Virus record (IMG/VR): IMGVR_UViG_3300037755_000083
Location: 1-49,198 of that record
Direction: 5' to 3' (one strand)
From: a virus
Taxonomy: Duplodnaviria; Caudoviricetes
DNA: 49,198 nt
Shown here: in pieces, positions 1 to 8,454 of the stretch
Layout of the letters: each line of letters starts with the position of its first letter
Numbering within the stretch: position 1 is the first letter of the stretch
Notes under the pieces: model-generated
The model's database searches: none
Told to the model about the DNA's origin: nothing
Seen by the model: the letters and a program-made list of their open reading frames with translations, nothing else
Position numbers and translations under genes: made by a program

Positions 1-127
1 TGTACATCGCCCCGTCTGGTACGACCTACCAGGTGTGGCGGTGCGAGTGCAGGGCACAGACGCGGTCCATCCACCGCATCAAGGGCGTTCAGGGTCGCTA
101 GGTGTTGACACCTCCCGGCGAGGTGTG
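1..127. repeat. Terminal 127-bp direct repeat (copy 1), circular assembly overlap
   Basis: 1-127 is identical to 49072-49198; 127 is a common assembler k-mer size; the repeat cuts through the end of the exonuclease ORF. Confidence 0.95.
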
Positions 128-133
128 TACAGT
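105..133 (+). promoter_or_regulatory. SigA-like promoter TTGACA-17-TACAGT
   Basis: Consensus -35, 17-bp spacer, TG-extended -10, upstream of ORF 176. Confidence 0.75.
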
Positions 134-175
134 TAGATCCAGAAGCCAGGATCCCCCTGGCAGAGAGAGAGTGAC

Positions 176-703
176 ATGAGCATCAAGATCCGCCTCACGA
201 GCGAGGGCTACCTCTCCGGCATCGAGCTGGAGGCTGCGAACCCGGAGGAGACGGCCAACTGGCTCGGCTACCTCACCGATGGTAGCGTGTACGCGGACAT
301 CGCGGCCGCCTCTGCGGTCGCCCGTCAGGCCATCAAGGACACGGGCATCGCGGCCCCGAAGGCGCGACAGGCCGCCGCTAGCGGTCCGACCGGTGGCGGT
401 GCGGTCAAGAGCGAGCCTGACGGCCCCGCCCCCGAGTGTGGCCACGGCCCGGCCCGCTGGATCTCCGGCATCAGCAAGAAGACCAACAAGCCGTACGCCT
501 TCTGGGCCTGCTCGAACCCGAACTGGAAGGATGAGGGTGGCGACGGGAAGTGCACCTTCGAGCGAGACGGTGCGCTGGTGAAGGCGCCGAACCTGATGGG
601 CCAGGGCGAGAAGTTCACCCGCAACGACCCGGACACCGGCACGCAGGACCCGTGGTCGTCCGAGGGTTCCGGCTGGGGCGGCGACGACAAGCCGCCGTTC
701 TGA
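176..703 (+). CDS. Zn-finger replication protein with SSB-like acidic tail
   Basis: CGHG...SKKTNKPY..WAC..C motif like that of helicase-adjacent genes in cluster A mycobacteriophages; C-terminus GGDDKPPF. Confidence 0.6.
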   Translation: MSIKIRLTSEGYLSGIELEAANPEETANWLGYLTDGSVYADIAAASAVARQAIKDTGIAAPKARQAAASGPTGGGAVKSEPDGPAPECGHGPARWISGISKKTNKPYAFWACSNPNWKDEGGDGKCTFERDGALVKAPNLMGQGEKFTRNDPDTGTQDPWSSEGSGWGGDDKPPF

Positions 704-726
704 CAGGCGCGGTAGTGTGATACAGT

Positions 727-763
727 GAGGGGGCTGGCCAGCAAGGCTGGCCCCCTCTTCTTC
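727..763 (+). terminator. Stem-loop with T-rich tail (terminator or 5' hairpin)
   Basis: GAGGGGGCTGGCC-AGCAA-GGCTGGCCCCCTC-TTCTT; preceded by TGnTACAGT at 718-726. Confidence 0.55.
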
Positions 764-778
764 TAGGAAAGGACCCAG

Positions 779-1597
779 ATGGCCGTCCCAGCATTCCGCG
801 CCGCACTCAACGCCGCCAAGGTCGGTGATCCCCTGCCGCACGTCGAAGCGCTCCAGGATCTCTACGAAGAGGGCACCGAGATCTATCGCGGGGCCGTCAC
901 CATGATCGCCGGGATGCCCGGCGCGATGAAGACGCTCTTCTCTCTCTGGTACGCGAGCGAGCTGAACATCCCCACACTCTACTTCTCGGCGGACTCTGAC
1001 GCCGCCACCATGACCTCCCGGATGGCGTCTGCCATCACGCAGGTCGACTCCATCTCCATCCGCAACGACTACAAGGACGACGACCAGCGAGCCTACTACG
1101 CTGAACGCCTCGCCGAGAGCCGGATCGACTTCTGCTTCGACTCCTCGCCGGGCATCGGCGACATGGTCGATGAGATCGACGCCTACGTGACATTGTACGG
1201 CGAGTACCCTGAGCTGATCGTCGTCGACAACCTGATGGACGTGTACGCGGACTCGGACAACGAGTTCTCTGGGAACAAGACCACGCTGCGCGAGCTGAAG
1301 GAGCTGGCGCGCGAGACCGGCTCGGCGCTGATCGTCCTGCACCACATGTCGGAGGCCGACACGGATTCAGCAACTCCTGCCCCCCGATCGAAGCTCATGG
1401 GAAAGGTTGCACAGACCCCAGCCCTTGTGCTATCGTTGGCCGTAGAGGGCACGATCTTCAAGATCGCTGTCGTCAAGAATCGCAATGGCAAGTCTACACC
1501 GAACGCTCTCGACTACGTCGCGTTGCGGGTGGACCCGGCACGGGCCACCTTCCAGCGGTCGCAGTGGCGGGCCGCACCCACTTATGGAGGCATGTGA
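779..1597 (+). CDS. DnaB-like/RecA-fold helicase (L5/D29 gp65-like)
   Basis: Walker A GMPGAMKT, TLYFSADSD, Walker B LIVVDNL, VLHH, VKNRNG. Confidence 0.9.
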   Translation: MAVPAFRAALNAAKVGDPLPHVEALQDLYEEGTEIYRGAVTMIAGMPGAMKTLFSLWYASELNIPTLYFSADSDAATMTSRMASAITQVDSISIRNDYKDDDQRAYYAERLAESRIDFCFDSSPGIGDMVDEIDAYVTLYGEYPELIVVDNLMDVYADSDNEFSGNKTTLRELKELARETGSALIVLHHMSEADTDSATPAPRSKLMGKVAQTPALVLSLAVEGTIFKIAVVKNRNGKSTPNALDYVALRVDPARATFQRSQWRAAPTYGGM

Positions 1598-1866
1598 TGA
1601 GCGCAACACTGGACTTCGTCCCTGATGGGGAGAAGGCCATCAAGGACTTGGCGGACGGGCTCAACCTGGAGTCCGTGTACGTCCTTGCCGCAAAGAACAC
1701 GGCCCTGACCGTGCTCAACTTCAAGATCACACTGGCGGAGGGTGACCCCCTGGAGTCGGCGGCCCTGAAGGAGCTGATCGAGCAGATCCAGACCATCGAC
1801 CACGCCGAGCCGCAGCGAGGAAACTCGATGCTGTGGCGCTGGGTGGAGAGGGAGCTGGGCTCGTGA
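1597..1866 (+). CDS. Hypothetical protein
   Basis: TGATG coupling with helicase; GGAGG RBS. Confidence 0.65.
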   Translation: MSATLDFVPDGEKAIKDLADGLNLESVYVLAAKNTALTVLNFKITLAEGDPLESAALKELIEQIQTIDHAEPQRGNSMLWRWVERELGS

Positions 1867-2210
1867 CCGCTTCTTCTAGGGGTGAATCTACGAGTTCACC
1901 CCAGGCTCATCTGGTGGATGCGGAGATGTTGCGCCGCTTCCGTGAGATGGGGTACACTAGGGGCAACCCAGCCTCATGGCTGCGGGAGTTCCCTACAGAG
2001 AGGATCGAACCAGTGACACCGACCGAGCGGACCATCCGCCTCATCAAGGCGGAAGCCTGGGAAGAGGGCGCTGAAGCTGGCGCCACGTGGGAAGCGTTCC
2101 TGGCGCACCACTATCATTGGAGCCCGGATGGCTTCGGGCTCGTGCAAGAGGGCTCCTGCGACAAGTGCCGCGAGCTGAAGAACCCCTACAAGGAGGATGA
2201 GGATGCTTGA
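1863..2210 (+). CDS. Hypothetical protein
   Basis: GTGA overlap; AEAWEEG...NPY motif common in small actinophage proteins. Confidence 0.6.
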   Translation: MTASSRGESTSSPQAHLVDAEMLRRFREMGYTRGNPASWLREFPTERIEPVTPTERTIRLIKAEAWEEGAEAGATWEAFLAHHYHWSPDGFGLVQEGSCDKCRELKNPYKEDEDA

Positions 2211-2397
2211 CCTCGAAACGCTAGAGATGAAGGTCAAGGCTGGCTACTCGATCATGCCGGACCCAGAGGGTCGGGAGATTGTGAAGCTCCTCCGCGAGAT
2301 GGAGGCCGTCATCGACGGCCACCCCTGGGAGGACTCGGCAACCGCCGATGACGCAATCCAGCCCATCTTCGCCAGCTTCATTGCGCACGTGCGATGA
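2197..2397 (+). CDS. Hypothetical protein
   Basis: AAGGAGG RBS; overlap-coupled. Confidence 0.55.
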   Translation: MRMLDLETLEMKVKAGYSIMPDPEGREIVKLLREMEAVIDGHPWEDSATADDAIQPIFASFIAHVR

Positions 2398-2768
2398 ACC
2401 ACGGGATGCTGCGGGATGGCGTCGACTTCGGCGCCGTCCTCACCCACTACGGGATCAACATGAACGGCCGCGTACAGGCCGTCGTCAAGTGCCCGATCCA
2501 CGACGAACAGAACCCGTCATGCTCCATCAACATGACGAAGGGCACCTACAACTGCTTTTCAGGCTGCGGGGGCGGTGACTCCATCTCGCTCGTGATGGCC
2601 ATGGAGGAGCTAGAGGACCCGACTCTGGCCCGGCAGTGGCTGGAAGCCAGCGGGTTCGCCGAGGAAGTTGACAGGTCCGCCAGGCGGATGCTACGCTCTG
2701 GGGACAGGCGCAAACCACAGCGTCGAGAGGGTCGGTCATCCGGCCGGACGCTACAGAGGAGAAGATGA
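2394..2768 (+). CDS. DNA primase zinc-binding (CHC2) subunit
   Basis: CPIHDEQNPSCSIN...YNCFSGCGGGD. Confidence 0.85.
   Translation: MNHGMLRDGVDFGAVLTHYGINMNGRVQAVVKCPIHDEQNPSCSINMTKGTYNCFSGCGGGDSISLVMAMEELEDPTLARQWLEASGFAEEVDRSARRMLRSGDRRKPQRREGRSSGRTLQRRR
2668..2697 (+). promoter_or_regulatory. Possible intragenic promoter TTGACA-18-TACGCT
   Basis: Consensus -35 and TG-extended -10; spacer contains TCCGCC-A-GGCGGA. Confidence 0.45.
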
Positions 2769-2962
2769 TGGACCGATTGCAGCGCATCCGGCACGACGTG
2801 ATGGAGGGGGCGCCCAGCCCCGACGACGTGATGGCCCTCCTCGGCTTCGCCGAGATCGTCGCCGCTCACGTCGACGCGATCGACTGGCACGACGACGCGT
2901 CATCCGGCTTCGAGCTGACCAACATCGCGACAGAGGTCAACGACCTCCGAGCGGAGTGGTGA
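2765..2962 (+). CDS. Hypothetical protein
   Basis: ATGA overlap, RBS. Confidence 0.6.
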   Translation: MMDRLQRIRHDVMEGAPSPDDVMALLGFAEIVAAHVDAIDWHDDASSGFELTNIATEVNDLRAEW

Positions 2963-2963
2963 C

Positions 2964-3125
2964 ATGGCCGACAAGACCACCCTCCGGATCTTCGTCACGT
3001 TCGACCACGACGAGCTTGACAACGCATACAGCAGCGTCAATACTGCTATCAGGTACATCTCCGACCACCTCAACGACCTCGACGGCGTCGAGGCGTGGAC
3101 CTACGACCGAGAGGATCACAGCTAA
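2964..3125 (+). CDS. Hypothetical 53-aa protein (MADKTTLRIF...), absent from the ORF track
   Basis: GGAG RBS; TAATG coupling to the primase gene. Confidence 0.6.
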   Translation: MADKTTLRIFVTFDHDELDNAYSSVNTAIRYISDHLNDLDGVEAWTYDREDHS

Positions 3126-3790
3126 TGCCGATGACAACCGTACGCCCCCTCCCTGGCCCGCTGCGCAAGACCTACGCACAGGCTCAGCAGCGGTACCAGG
3201 AGGCGCTACAAGACGACGACACGGCCCTCGCGTACCTGGAGAGGGAGAGAGCGCTCAGCGCCGCTTCAGCGGCCCGCTACGGCCTCGGGGTCGTCACGGA
3301 CGACCAGTTCGGTAACTGGGCGGGCCGCATCTCCATCCCCTCCCGCAACGCGCGAGGTGCGATAGTGTCCTTCAAGTTCCGGAGCATCGACGACCAGGGC
3401 CCGAAGTACGGTGCGCCCAAGGGGCACAACACGCCCCTGTACAACCTGGAGGCGATCAGCCGTGTCTCCAACACGGTCGTCATCACCGAAGGGGAGTTCG
3501 ACGCCATCAGCGTCGAGGAGGTCGGTTATCCGGCAGTCGGCGTCCCCGGCGCCGAGAACTGGAAGCCGTTCTACCGTCGCATCTTCGAAGCCATCCCGAA
3601 CATCGTGGTGTGCTACGATGACGACAAGGCAGGCAACCAGCTCCTCGGTCGCCTGCAAGGCGACATGAACATCATTCCGTGCGCCATGCCGGACGGAATC
3701 AAGGACCCGTCCGATGCGTTGAAGGAGGACCCTACCGGCACCCTCCTGAACGACATCATCTCCGGGGTGCTGGGGAAAAACCACCCCTGA
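3125..3790 (+). CDS. DNA primase catalytic TOPRIM subunit
   Basis: GRISIP, VSFKFR, VITEGEFDA, GVPGA, YDDDKAG, KDPSD. Confidence 0.9.
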   Translation: MPMTTVRPLPGPLRKTYAQAQQRYQEALQDDDTALAYLERERALSAASAARYGLGVVTDDQFGNWAGRISIPSRNARGAIVSFKFRSIDDQGPKYGAPKGHNTPLYNLEAISRVSNTVVITEGEFDAISVEEVGYPAVGVPGAENWKPFYRRIFEAIPNIVVCYDDDKAGNQLLGRLQGDMNIIPCAMPDGIKDPSDALKEDPTGTLLNDIISGVLGKNHP

Positions 3791-3821
3791 CCTGCGGTTT
3801 TTGCCGCCCCTTTGGAGACTC

Positions 3822-4043
3822 ATGATCAACATCTACACGCTGCCCGACTGCATCTCCTGCGAGCAGACGAAGCGCTACCTCGACCTGCGTGGCGTCGAAT
3901 ACAACGTCATGCAGCTCAAGGAAGAGAAGGCGCAGGAGGCCCGAGACGCCGGATGGGGGTCCGCCCCCATCGTGGAGGCGAACGGCGTCATGTGGGGCGG
4001 ATTCAGCATCGAACGCATGAAAGAACACATCCTGGAGGCATGA
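3822..4043 (+). CDS. nrdH: NrdH-like glutaredoxin
   Basis: IYTLPDCISCEQTK, SAPIV, WGGF. Confidence 0.85.
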   Translation: MINIYTLPDCISCEQTKRYLDLRGVEYNVMQLKEEKAQEARDAGWGSAPIVEANGVMWGGFSIERMKEHILEA

Positions 4044-4044
4044 C

Positions 4045-4329
4045 ATGGCGACCATCATCATCACCACAGAATCCGGCACCACCTACACCATCAACGAAGA
4101 AGAGCGCACCGTCGTGCGCAAGCGGGCGCGCGAGAACCCTGGCGTTCCCGACCACTACAACCAGGGCGAGAATCCGCTCAACCACGTGTCCGCATTCGTT
4201 GGCCAGTCGGGCTACTTCCACTTCGGGCGCTACATGCACGACTGGATCCAGACGACGCCCATCGCCAGCATCACCATCGACGGCGAGAAGGCCGACGAGT
4301 ACGAGTATGACATCGAGGTCGACGTGTGA
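4045..4329 (+). CDS. Hypothetical protein
   Basis: GGAGG RBS; TESGTTY N-terminus. Confidence 0.7.
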   Translation: MATIIITTESGTTYTINEEERTVVRKRARENPGVPDHYNQGENPLNHVSAFVGQSGYFHFGRYMHDWIQTTPIASITIDGEKADEYEYDIEVDV

Positions 4330-4335
4330 TAGGAT
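4307..4335 (+). promoter_or_regulatory. Promoter ATGACA-17-TAGGAT for a leaderless mRNA
   Basis: -10 ends 6 nt before ATG 4342; no SD. Confidence 0.55.
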
Positions 4336-4341
4336 AGCGGT

Positions 4342-4956
4342 ATGAACGTGCGCAAGGTACTCATACCATCGGCAATCGCCGTCACCCTCATCACCTTCGT
4401 CTACCTCTACGTCGGGCTGTACGGGCTGGCCACGGACTACATGCACCTTCCGTGGCTGCCCGCCATCCTCTACCCCTTCGCCATCGACGCCGTAGTCGTC
4501 GTTTTCCTCATCGCAGCCCTCGACCAGCACATCAAGGGCGCGCACTACGCATTCGTCTGGTCCGTCGTCGCAACGGGCAGTGCCGTCTCCGCGCTCGCGC
4601 AGTGGATCGCCCACCCAGCGACCCGTGAAGCGCCCCTGACGCCCTACCTGGCGGCCATCCCGGCCGCCGCCCTCGTCGGCCTCACACACCTCCTCTGGGT
4701 GCTCGTGCAGGACAAGATCGAGACGGTAGACTCTGAACAGAAGAGTGCCGAACGAGCCAAGACACTCAAGCCCAAGGCGCGGCCTCGGCTTGACGCACAG
4801 CTCACCGAAGTGGTAGCATTGATCGAAGCAGCCGACGCCGAGGGCGTCGAGCTGAACGGCCGGGAAGTGGCAACGCGCCTCAACCTCGTCGACGAAAACG
4901 GCAACATCAACGCCCGAAAGGGCGCAGGACTCCTGCGTCGGGCGCGTAACCTCTAG
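4342..4956 (+). CDS. DUF2637-like membrane protein with C-terminal HTH-like tail
   Basis: Four hydrophobic segments, YxGLYGLA...LYPFAID...AAIPAAAL; tail LNGREVATRL. Confidence 0.65.
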   Translation: MNVRKVLIPSAIAVTLITFVYLYVGLYGLATDYMHLPWLPAILYPFAIDAVVVVFLIAALDQHIKGAHYAFVWSVVATGSAVSALAQWIAHPATREAPLTPYLAAIPAAALVGLTHLLWVLVQDKIETVDSEQKSAERAKTLKPKARPRLDAQLTEVVALIEAADAEGVELNGREVATRLNLVDENGNINARKGAGLLRRARNL

Positions 4957-4967
4957 GAGGAAACATC

Positions 4968-5099
4968 ATGGCCATGCCCATCTGCCAGCGCTGCGGGAGG
5001 TCCGCCATCCTCACCTACGGGGGCGTCTGCGGACGCTGCCTGAAGGCCGAGGAGAAGGAAGACCGCGAGCGAGAGGAGCGCGAACGTGACAACGGTTGA
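4968..5099 (+). CDS. Small CxxC..CxxC protein (43 aa)
   Basis: AGGAGG RBS; MAMPICQRCG...VCGRC. Confidence 0.5.
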   Translation: MAMPICQRCGRSAILTYGGVCGRCLKAEEKEDREREERERDNG

Positions 5100-5182
5100 C
5101 CAGTAGACCCTGATCAGGAAGGGGGTGCTGGGGCCCAGAGGCTTGAGTCCGGCCGAAGGCCGGGGCCTGATGTACGTAACGA

Positions 5183-5213
5183 GAAAAGGGGAGGACCCGA
5201 AGGCCCTCCCCTT
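5183..5213 (-). terminator. Intrinsic terminator at the convergence of the two operons
   Basis: Minus strand AAGGGGAGGGCC-TTCG-GGTCCTCCCCTT-TT. Confidence 0.8.
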
Positions 5214-5215
5214 AC

Positions 5216-5395
5216 TCATGCTCGCAGGTCGTAGTCGCGGCTGTGCAGCCTACGCTGGACCTGATTGATGCGGCCGACGAGGACCGCACGCTTCGGATGA
5301 CGATCGATCATCCGAGCGATCGTGGCGGGAGAGAGCTGGAACAGGATCCGAAGAGCTCTCTCCCGAGAGCCCTTCTTCTTCCTGACCTTTTTCAT
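5216..5395 (-). CDS. Hypothetical 59-aa protein
   Basis: ATGA overlap with GATase stop; ends at the terminator. Confidence 0.45.
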   Translation of the reverse strand: MKKVRKKKGSRERALRILFQLSPATIARMIDRHPKRAVLVGRINQVQRRLHSRDYDLRA

Positions 5396-6432
5396 TCACC
5401 CCATCCGGCCCGACCGTCCGACATGACGATCGACTTCGACGGAAGAGGCTCGTTCGTGGGCGAACCCTCGAACTTGATGACCTCCTTGCCCGCCGACGTG
5501 TTCAGGGTGATCTCCGAACCGACCGGAGTGAACCGGTCCGTCGTCTCCTCCTGCCAGATGTCCTCGCGCTCCGCCTGGAACTGCTTCCACTCGTCCTCGG
5601 TCATGTCCGTGTTCCAGAAGGGGTCACCCTCCTTGCCGGAGTAGCACAGGCACTCCATCTCCGAAGAGAAGCAGTCGTTGCACGCCTTGCAGGTCGAGCA
5701 GTAGTGCGAGACCGCCTTGATGGTCGCCTCGCCGCACTGCCAGCACGGCTCCTCCAGGTGGTACGAAGCCTGCTGCCGGAGCGCCACCTTCTTCAGGAAG
5801 GTGGTCGCGCGGTCCGTCGACGCGATCGTCGGCGTACGCGGCGTGAAGCTGCTGGACCCGTAGCGGTGCCAGAACTCATCGTACTCGAACCCGTAGTTCG
5901 AGAACCAGGCGCCGTAGCGCTGAACGCCAGCGTGGGCGTTCACGATCCGGGTCTTGAGGCCCTGCTCCGTCGCCGCGAAGAACGTCAGCTTGTTGCCGTC
6001 GCCGATCAGGTTCCCGATGGCTCGCGCTTCCCGGCGCGACGGAACGCGGTTCAGGTTCCGCATCAGGTCGTCGAGGCGATCGACGAAGATGCGCGTGTCC
6101 GAGCGCGAGTCGCCGTACTTCGGCTGCCAGCGCTGCGGGAAGACGCCGTTGTGCGCCATGACGACGTTCCCTGACACCCAGAAGGGGTGCACGTTGAAGG
6201 TGTCCTTCACGCCGGCCGTTGCCCAGCGGGAGTGGAACATGAACGGTTCGTTCTTGCGCCGGACCGTCATCAGGAAGTCGATCGTCTCTGCCGAGTCCAT
6301 GGACTTCTTCAGCTCGATGCCGTGGTCCGTGAACACGGCCACGCCGTGTCCGTCGTCGTTCGCGACCGCGCCGTTCTGGATCCCCTGCAACGGCGTCTTG
6401 ATCCCCTGCGGGACCATCGTGATCATGCACAT
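5392..6432 (-). CDS. Class II (Ntn) glutamine amidotransferase with C-terminal Cys cluster
   Basis: N-terminal Met-Cys, NDDGHG, HSRWAT, NVHPF, MAHNG, SDTR. Confidence 0.9.
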   Translation of the reverse strand: MCMITMVPQGIKTPLQGIQNGAVANDDGHGVAVFTDHGIELKKSMDSAETIDFLMTVRRKNEPFMFHSRWATAGVKDTFNVHPFWVSGNVVMAHNGVFPQRWQPKYGDSRSDTRIFVDRLDDLMRNLNRVPSRREARAIGNLIGDGNKLTFFAATEQGLKTRIVNAHAGVQRYGAWFSNYGFEYDEFWHRYGSSSFTPRTPTIASTDRATTFLKKVALRQQASYHLEEPCWQCGEATIKAVSHYCSTCKACNDCFSSEMECLCYSGKEGDPFWNTDMTEDEWKQFQAEREDIWQEETTDRFTPVGSEITLNTSAGKEVIKFEGSPTNEPLPSKSIVMSDGRAGWGE

Positions 6433-6499
6433 ATGTTGAACTCCTTCATCGAATCTTTCGAGGGTGGGGGCAGTTTCACCTCGTGCCCAGGAGGCTACA

Positions 6500-8029
6500 T
6501 CAGGTTCCGCGAGGGAACAGCCCGACCATCTTGTCGGGGTGGTGCTCCCGCATCCAGCGCTTCATCATGGACAGCGTCAGATGCTTCGGCGACGAGAGGA
6601 GGTTCCTCTCCTGCAAGTCGCGGATGTACTCGGCCGTCAGGTAGACCCAGCGGACGGCCCGGGTGAAGTGCTTCGCCTGCCGGGTCGACTTGAACGCACG
6701 GATCTCGATCGTGTGCTCGTTGGCGAAGTTGATGGCGTCGCGTTCAGCGTAGAAGCCCGCCCCGCGGAGACGACTGTACTGCTTCGTGGCCCGGCCGTAA
6801 GGCGACACGGCTGCCGTCGACACCCGCTTCTCCACCTTCTTGCAGTAGTGGTACGGGCTTCGCCGACCGATCCTGGACAGGTTGTCCTGGAGGTCGATCA
6901 TGTAGGCGAAGGCGGCCATCGCCGTCATCGAGTGACGGAACGCGATCCGACCGATGTGGACGTGAAGTCCATGCCGGTACGGCTCCCTGTCGTCACCGTT
7001 GGGCGTAGGGTTGTCCCGGTTCAGCTTCTCGAAGAAGTTGTTCCAGTCCAGAGACTCGAAGAAGTCCGGCGTCATCGGCTGCGAAGCGATCTCGTAACCC
7101 TCGACGGAGGAATCCTCCTTGCACTCCAGTGCGCCCCTGTCGCCCATGTGCTCCTCGGCCCAGTCCCGGACCGAGTTCGGGAATGCGTCCTCCGTCCCGA
7201 TCTCCAGCTCGAAGCCGATGTAGTAGCCCGATTGCATGGTCCGGCCCCGGTACTTCTCGTCCGGGAGCGGCCCGCCCAGCCACATCTCGGCGTGTGTGTG
7301 ACCGTAGCCGTCGATCTTTCCCTTCAGGCACGACCCGCACTTGCCGTTGGTCAACTGGCGGACTTCGGAACCGCAGTCGTCACACGTCTGGCGGTGGGTC
7401 TGGCAGAACCCGGACCGACGCGAGCCGTAGGTCCATCCGTTCGTGCAGCCGCTCTCTGCGCACACGAGCCAGTGGAGTTCGCAGACCTCGCGACCTTCCG
7501 TCCTCATGTTCTCGCAGAGGACGCAGATCGCGTCGGCGCGGATGAAGAAGTCGTCGAACATGGTGGTGTTGCGGATGTTCGCGACGATCTCCCGGCATTC
7601 GGTGTCCACGAACTCGCGAGTTCGTGCTACGGCGCTTGCGGGGAGAGGCGCGCCCATGATCTCGCGCTGGAGGAGCATGGAGGAGACCGTGATGTTCTTG
7701 GAGTGGAACCCCTCCAGCCAGTTGAAGTTGTGTGGCCCGGCGAGGTCGATGAACTGTTCGACCTCCATGCCGTCGAACTGGACCAGCACGATGCCTTCCC
7801 GCACCTGGAATTCGTGAATTGCCCACAACTTCGGGAAGATCACCTTGCTGTTCCCAGCGGCGATTCCTGTCTTGACGGAGAGCTTGAACTCCGGGTCATC
7901 CGCGAGTGCCCTGATGGGAATGGGGGTTCGCCATCCTCGCTCGTGCAGCACCCGAGCGAGCGCCTGGCCGGTCCCGCCCACGGCTTCGAGCCGGAGCCTG
8001 ACGAGCTCCTTGTCTTCGATTTCGGTCAT
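6500..8029 (-). CDS. Amidoligase (COOH-NH2 ligase, Amidoligase_2-like) with Cys-rich middle region
   Basis: IGFELEI, EDSSV.GYEIASQP, GLHVHIGR, RDAINF, TIEIRAF. Confidence 0.85.
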   Translation of the reverse strand: MTEIEDKELVRLRLEAVGGTGQALARVLHERGWRTPIPIRALADDPEFKLSVKTGIAAGNSKVIFPKLWAIHEFQVREGIVLVQFDGMEVEQFIDLAGPHNFNWLEGFHSKNITVSSMLLQREIMGAPLPASAVARTREFVDTECREIVANIRNTTMFDDFFIRADAICVLCENMRTEGREVCELHWLVCAESGCTNGWTYGSRRSGFCQTHRQTCDDCGSEVRQLTNGKCGSCLKGKIDGYGHTHAEMWLGGPLPDEKYRGRTMQSGYYIGFELEIGTEDAFPNSVRDWAEEHMGDRGALECKEDSSVEGYEIASQPMTPDFFESLDWNNFFEKLNRDNPTPNGDDREPYRHGLHVHIGRIAFRHSMTAMAAFAYMIDLQDNLSRIGRRSPYHYCKKVEKRVSTAAVSPYGRATKQYSRLRGAGFYAERDAINFANEHTIEIRAFKSTRQAKHFTRAVRWVYLTAEYIRDLQERNLLSSPKHLTLSMMKRWMREHHPDKMVGLFPRGT

Positions 8030-8042
8030 GAGTTCCCTTTCT

Positions 8043-8435
8043 TCAGATGACTTCGGGTACGGTGAACTGTGTCGCCGCAGCGACGGTGTTGCAGAGGATG
8101 CAGTTCTCGTGCCCACCCAGTGGAGCCTCGATCGCGGCCACTCGTTGATCCAGGCCCACGAGGGTCAGTTGGCCCTCCTGGTTGAAGGTCGCCCTGTGGA
8201 TCTTACGCTCTCCGTACAGGATCTCGCGCACGCTCGTCGGTGTTCGTGTGCCCCAGCCGTCCGTGTGGTTGACGTAGATCCGCCCTGCGCCCAGGCTCAT
8301 GGAGACTGCTCCGTGGGTGAACCAACCCCATCCGAATGTTGGATCGAGCCTGATCTCCCAAGGCTTAGGAGCTCCGGCTCCGGCTCGCCTGATCTTCCAC
8401 TCACCGCGGTTCATCTTGATGGTGATTTCGAACAT
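8043..8435 (-). CDS. Hypothetical protein
   Basis: GGGAGGT RBS. Confidence 0.65.
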   Translation of the reverse strand: MFEITIKMNRGEWKIRRAGAGAPKPWEIRLDPTFGWGWFTHGAVSMSLGAGRIYVNHTDGWGTRTPTSVREILYGERKIHRATFNQEGQLTLVGLDQRVAAIEAPLGGHENCILCNTVAAATQFTVPEVI

Positions 8436-8454
8436 CGCACCTCCCTTCATGAAA

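Noticed and set aside
6476-6502. Stop-codon readthrough fusing amidoligase to GATase via the pseudoknot
   Set aside because: A second in-frame TGA follows after seven codons, so readthrough gives no fusion
6464-8050. Long antisense ORFs (also 98-1345, 17453-18805, 21690-23459, 31786-32871)
   Set aside because: Shadow frames of GC3-biased genes on the opposite strand; no RBS or motifs
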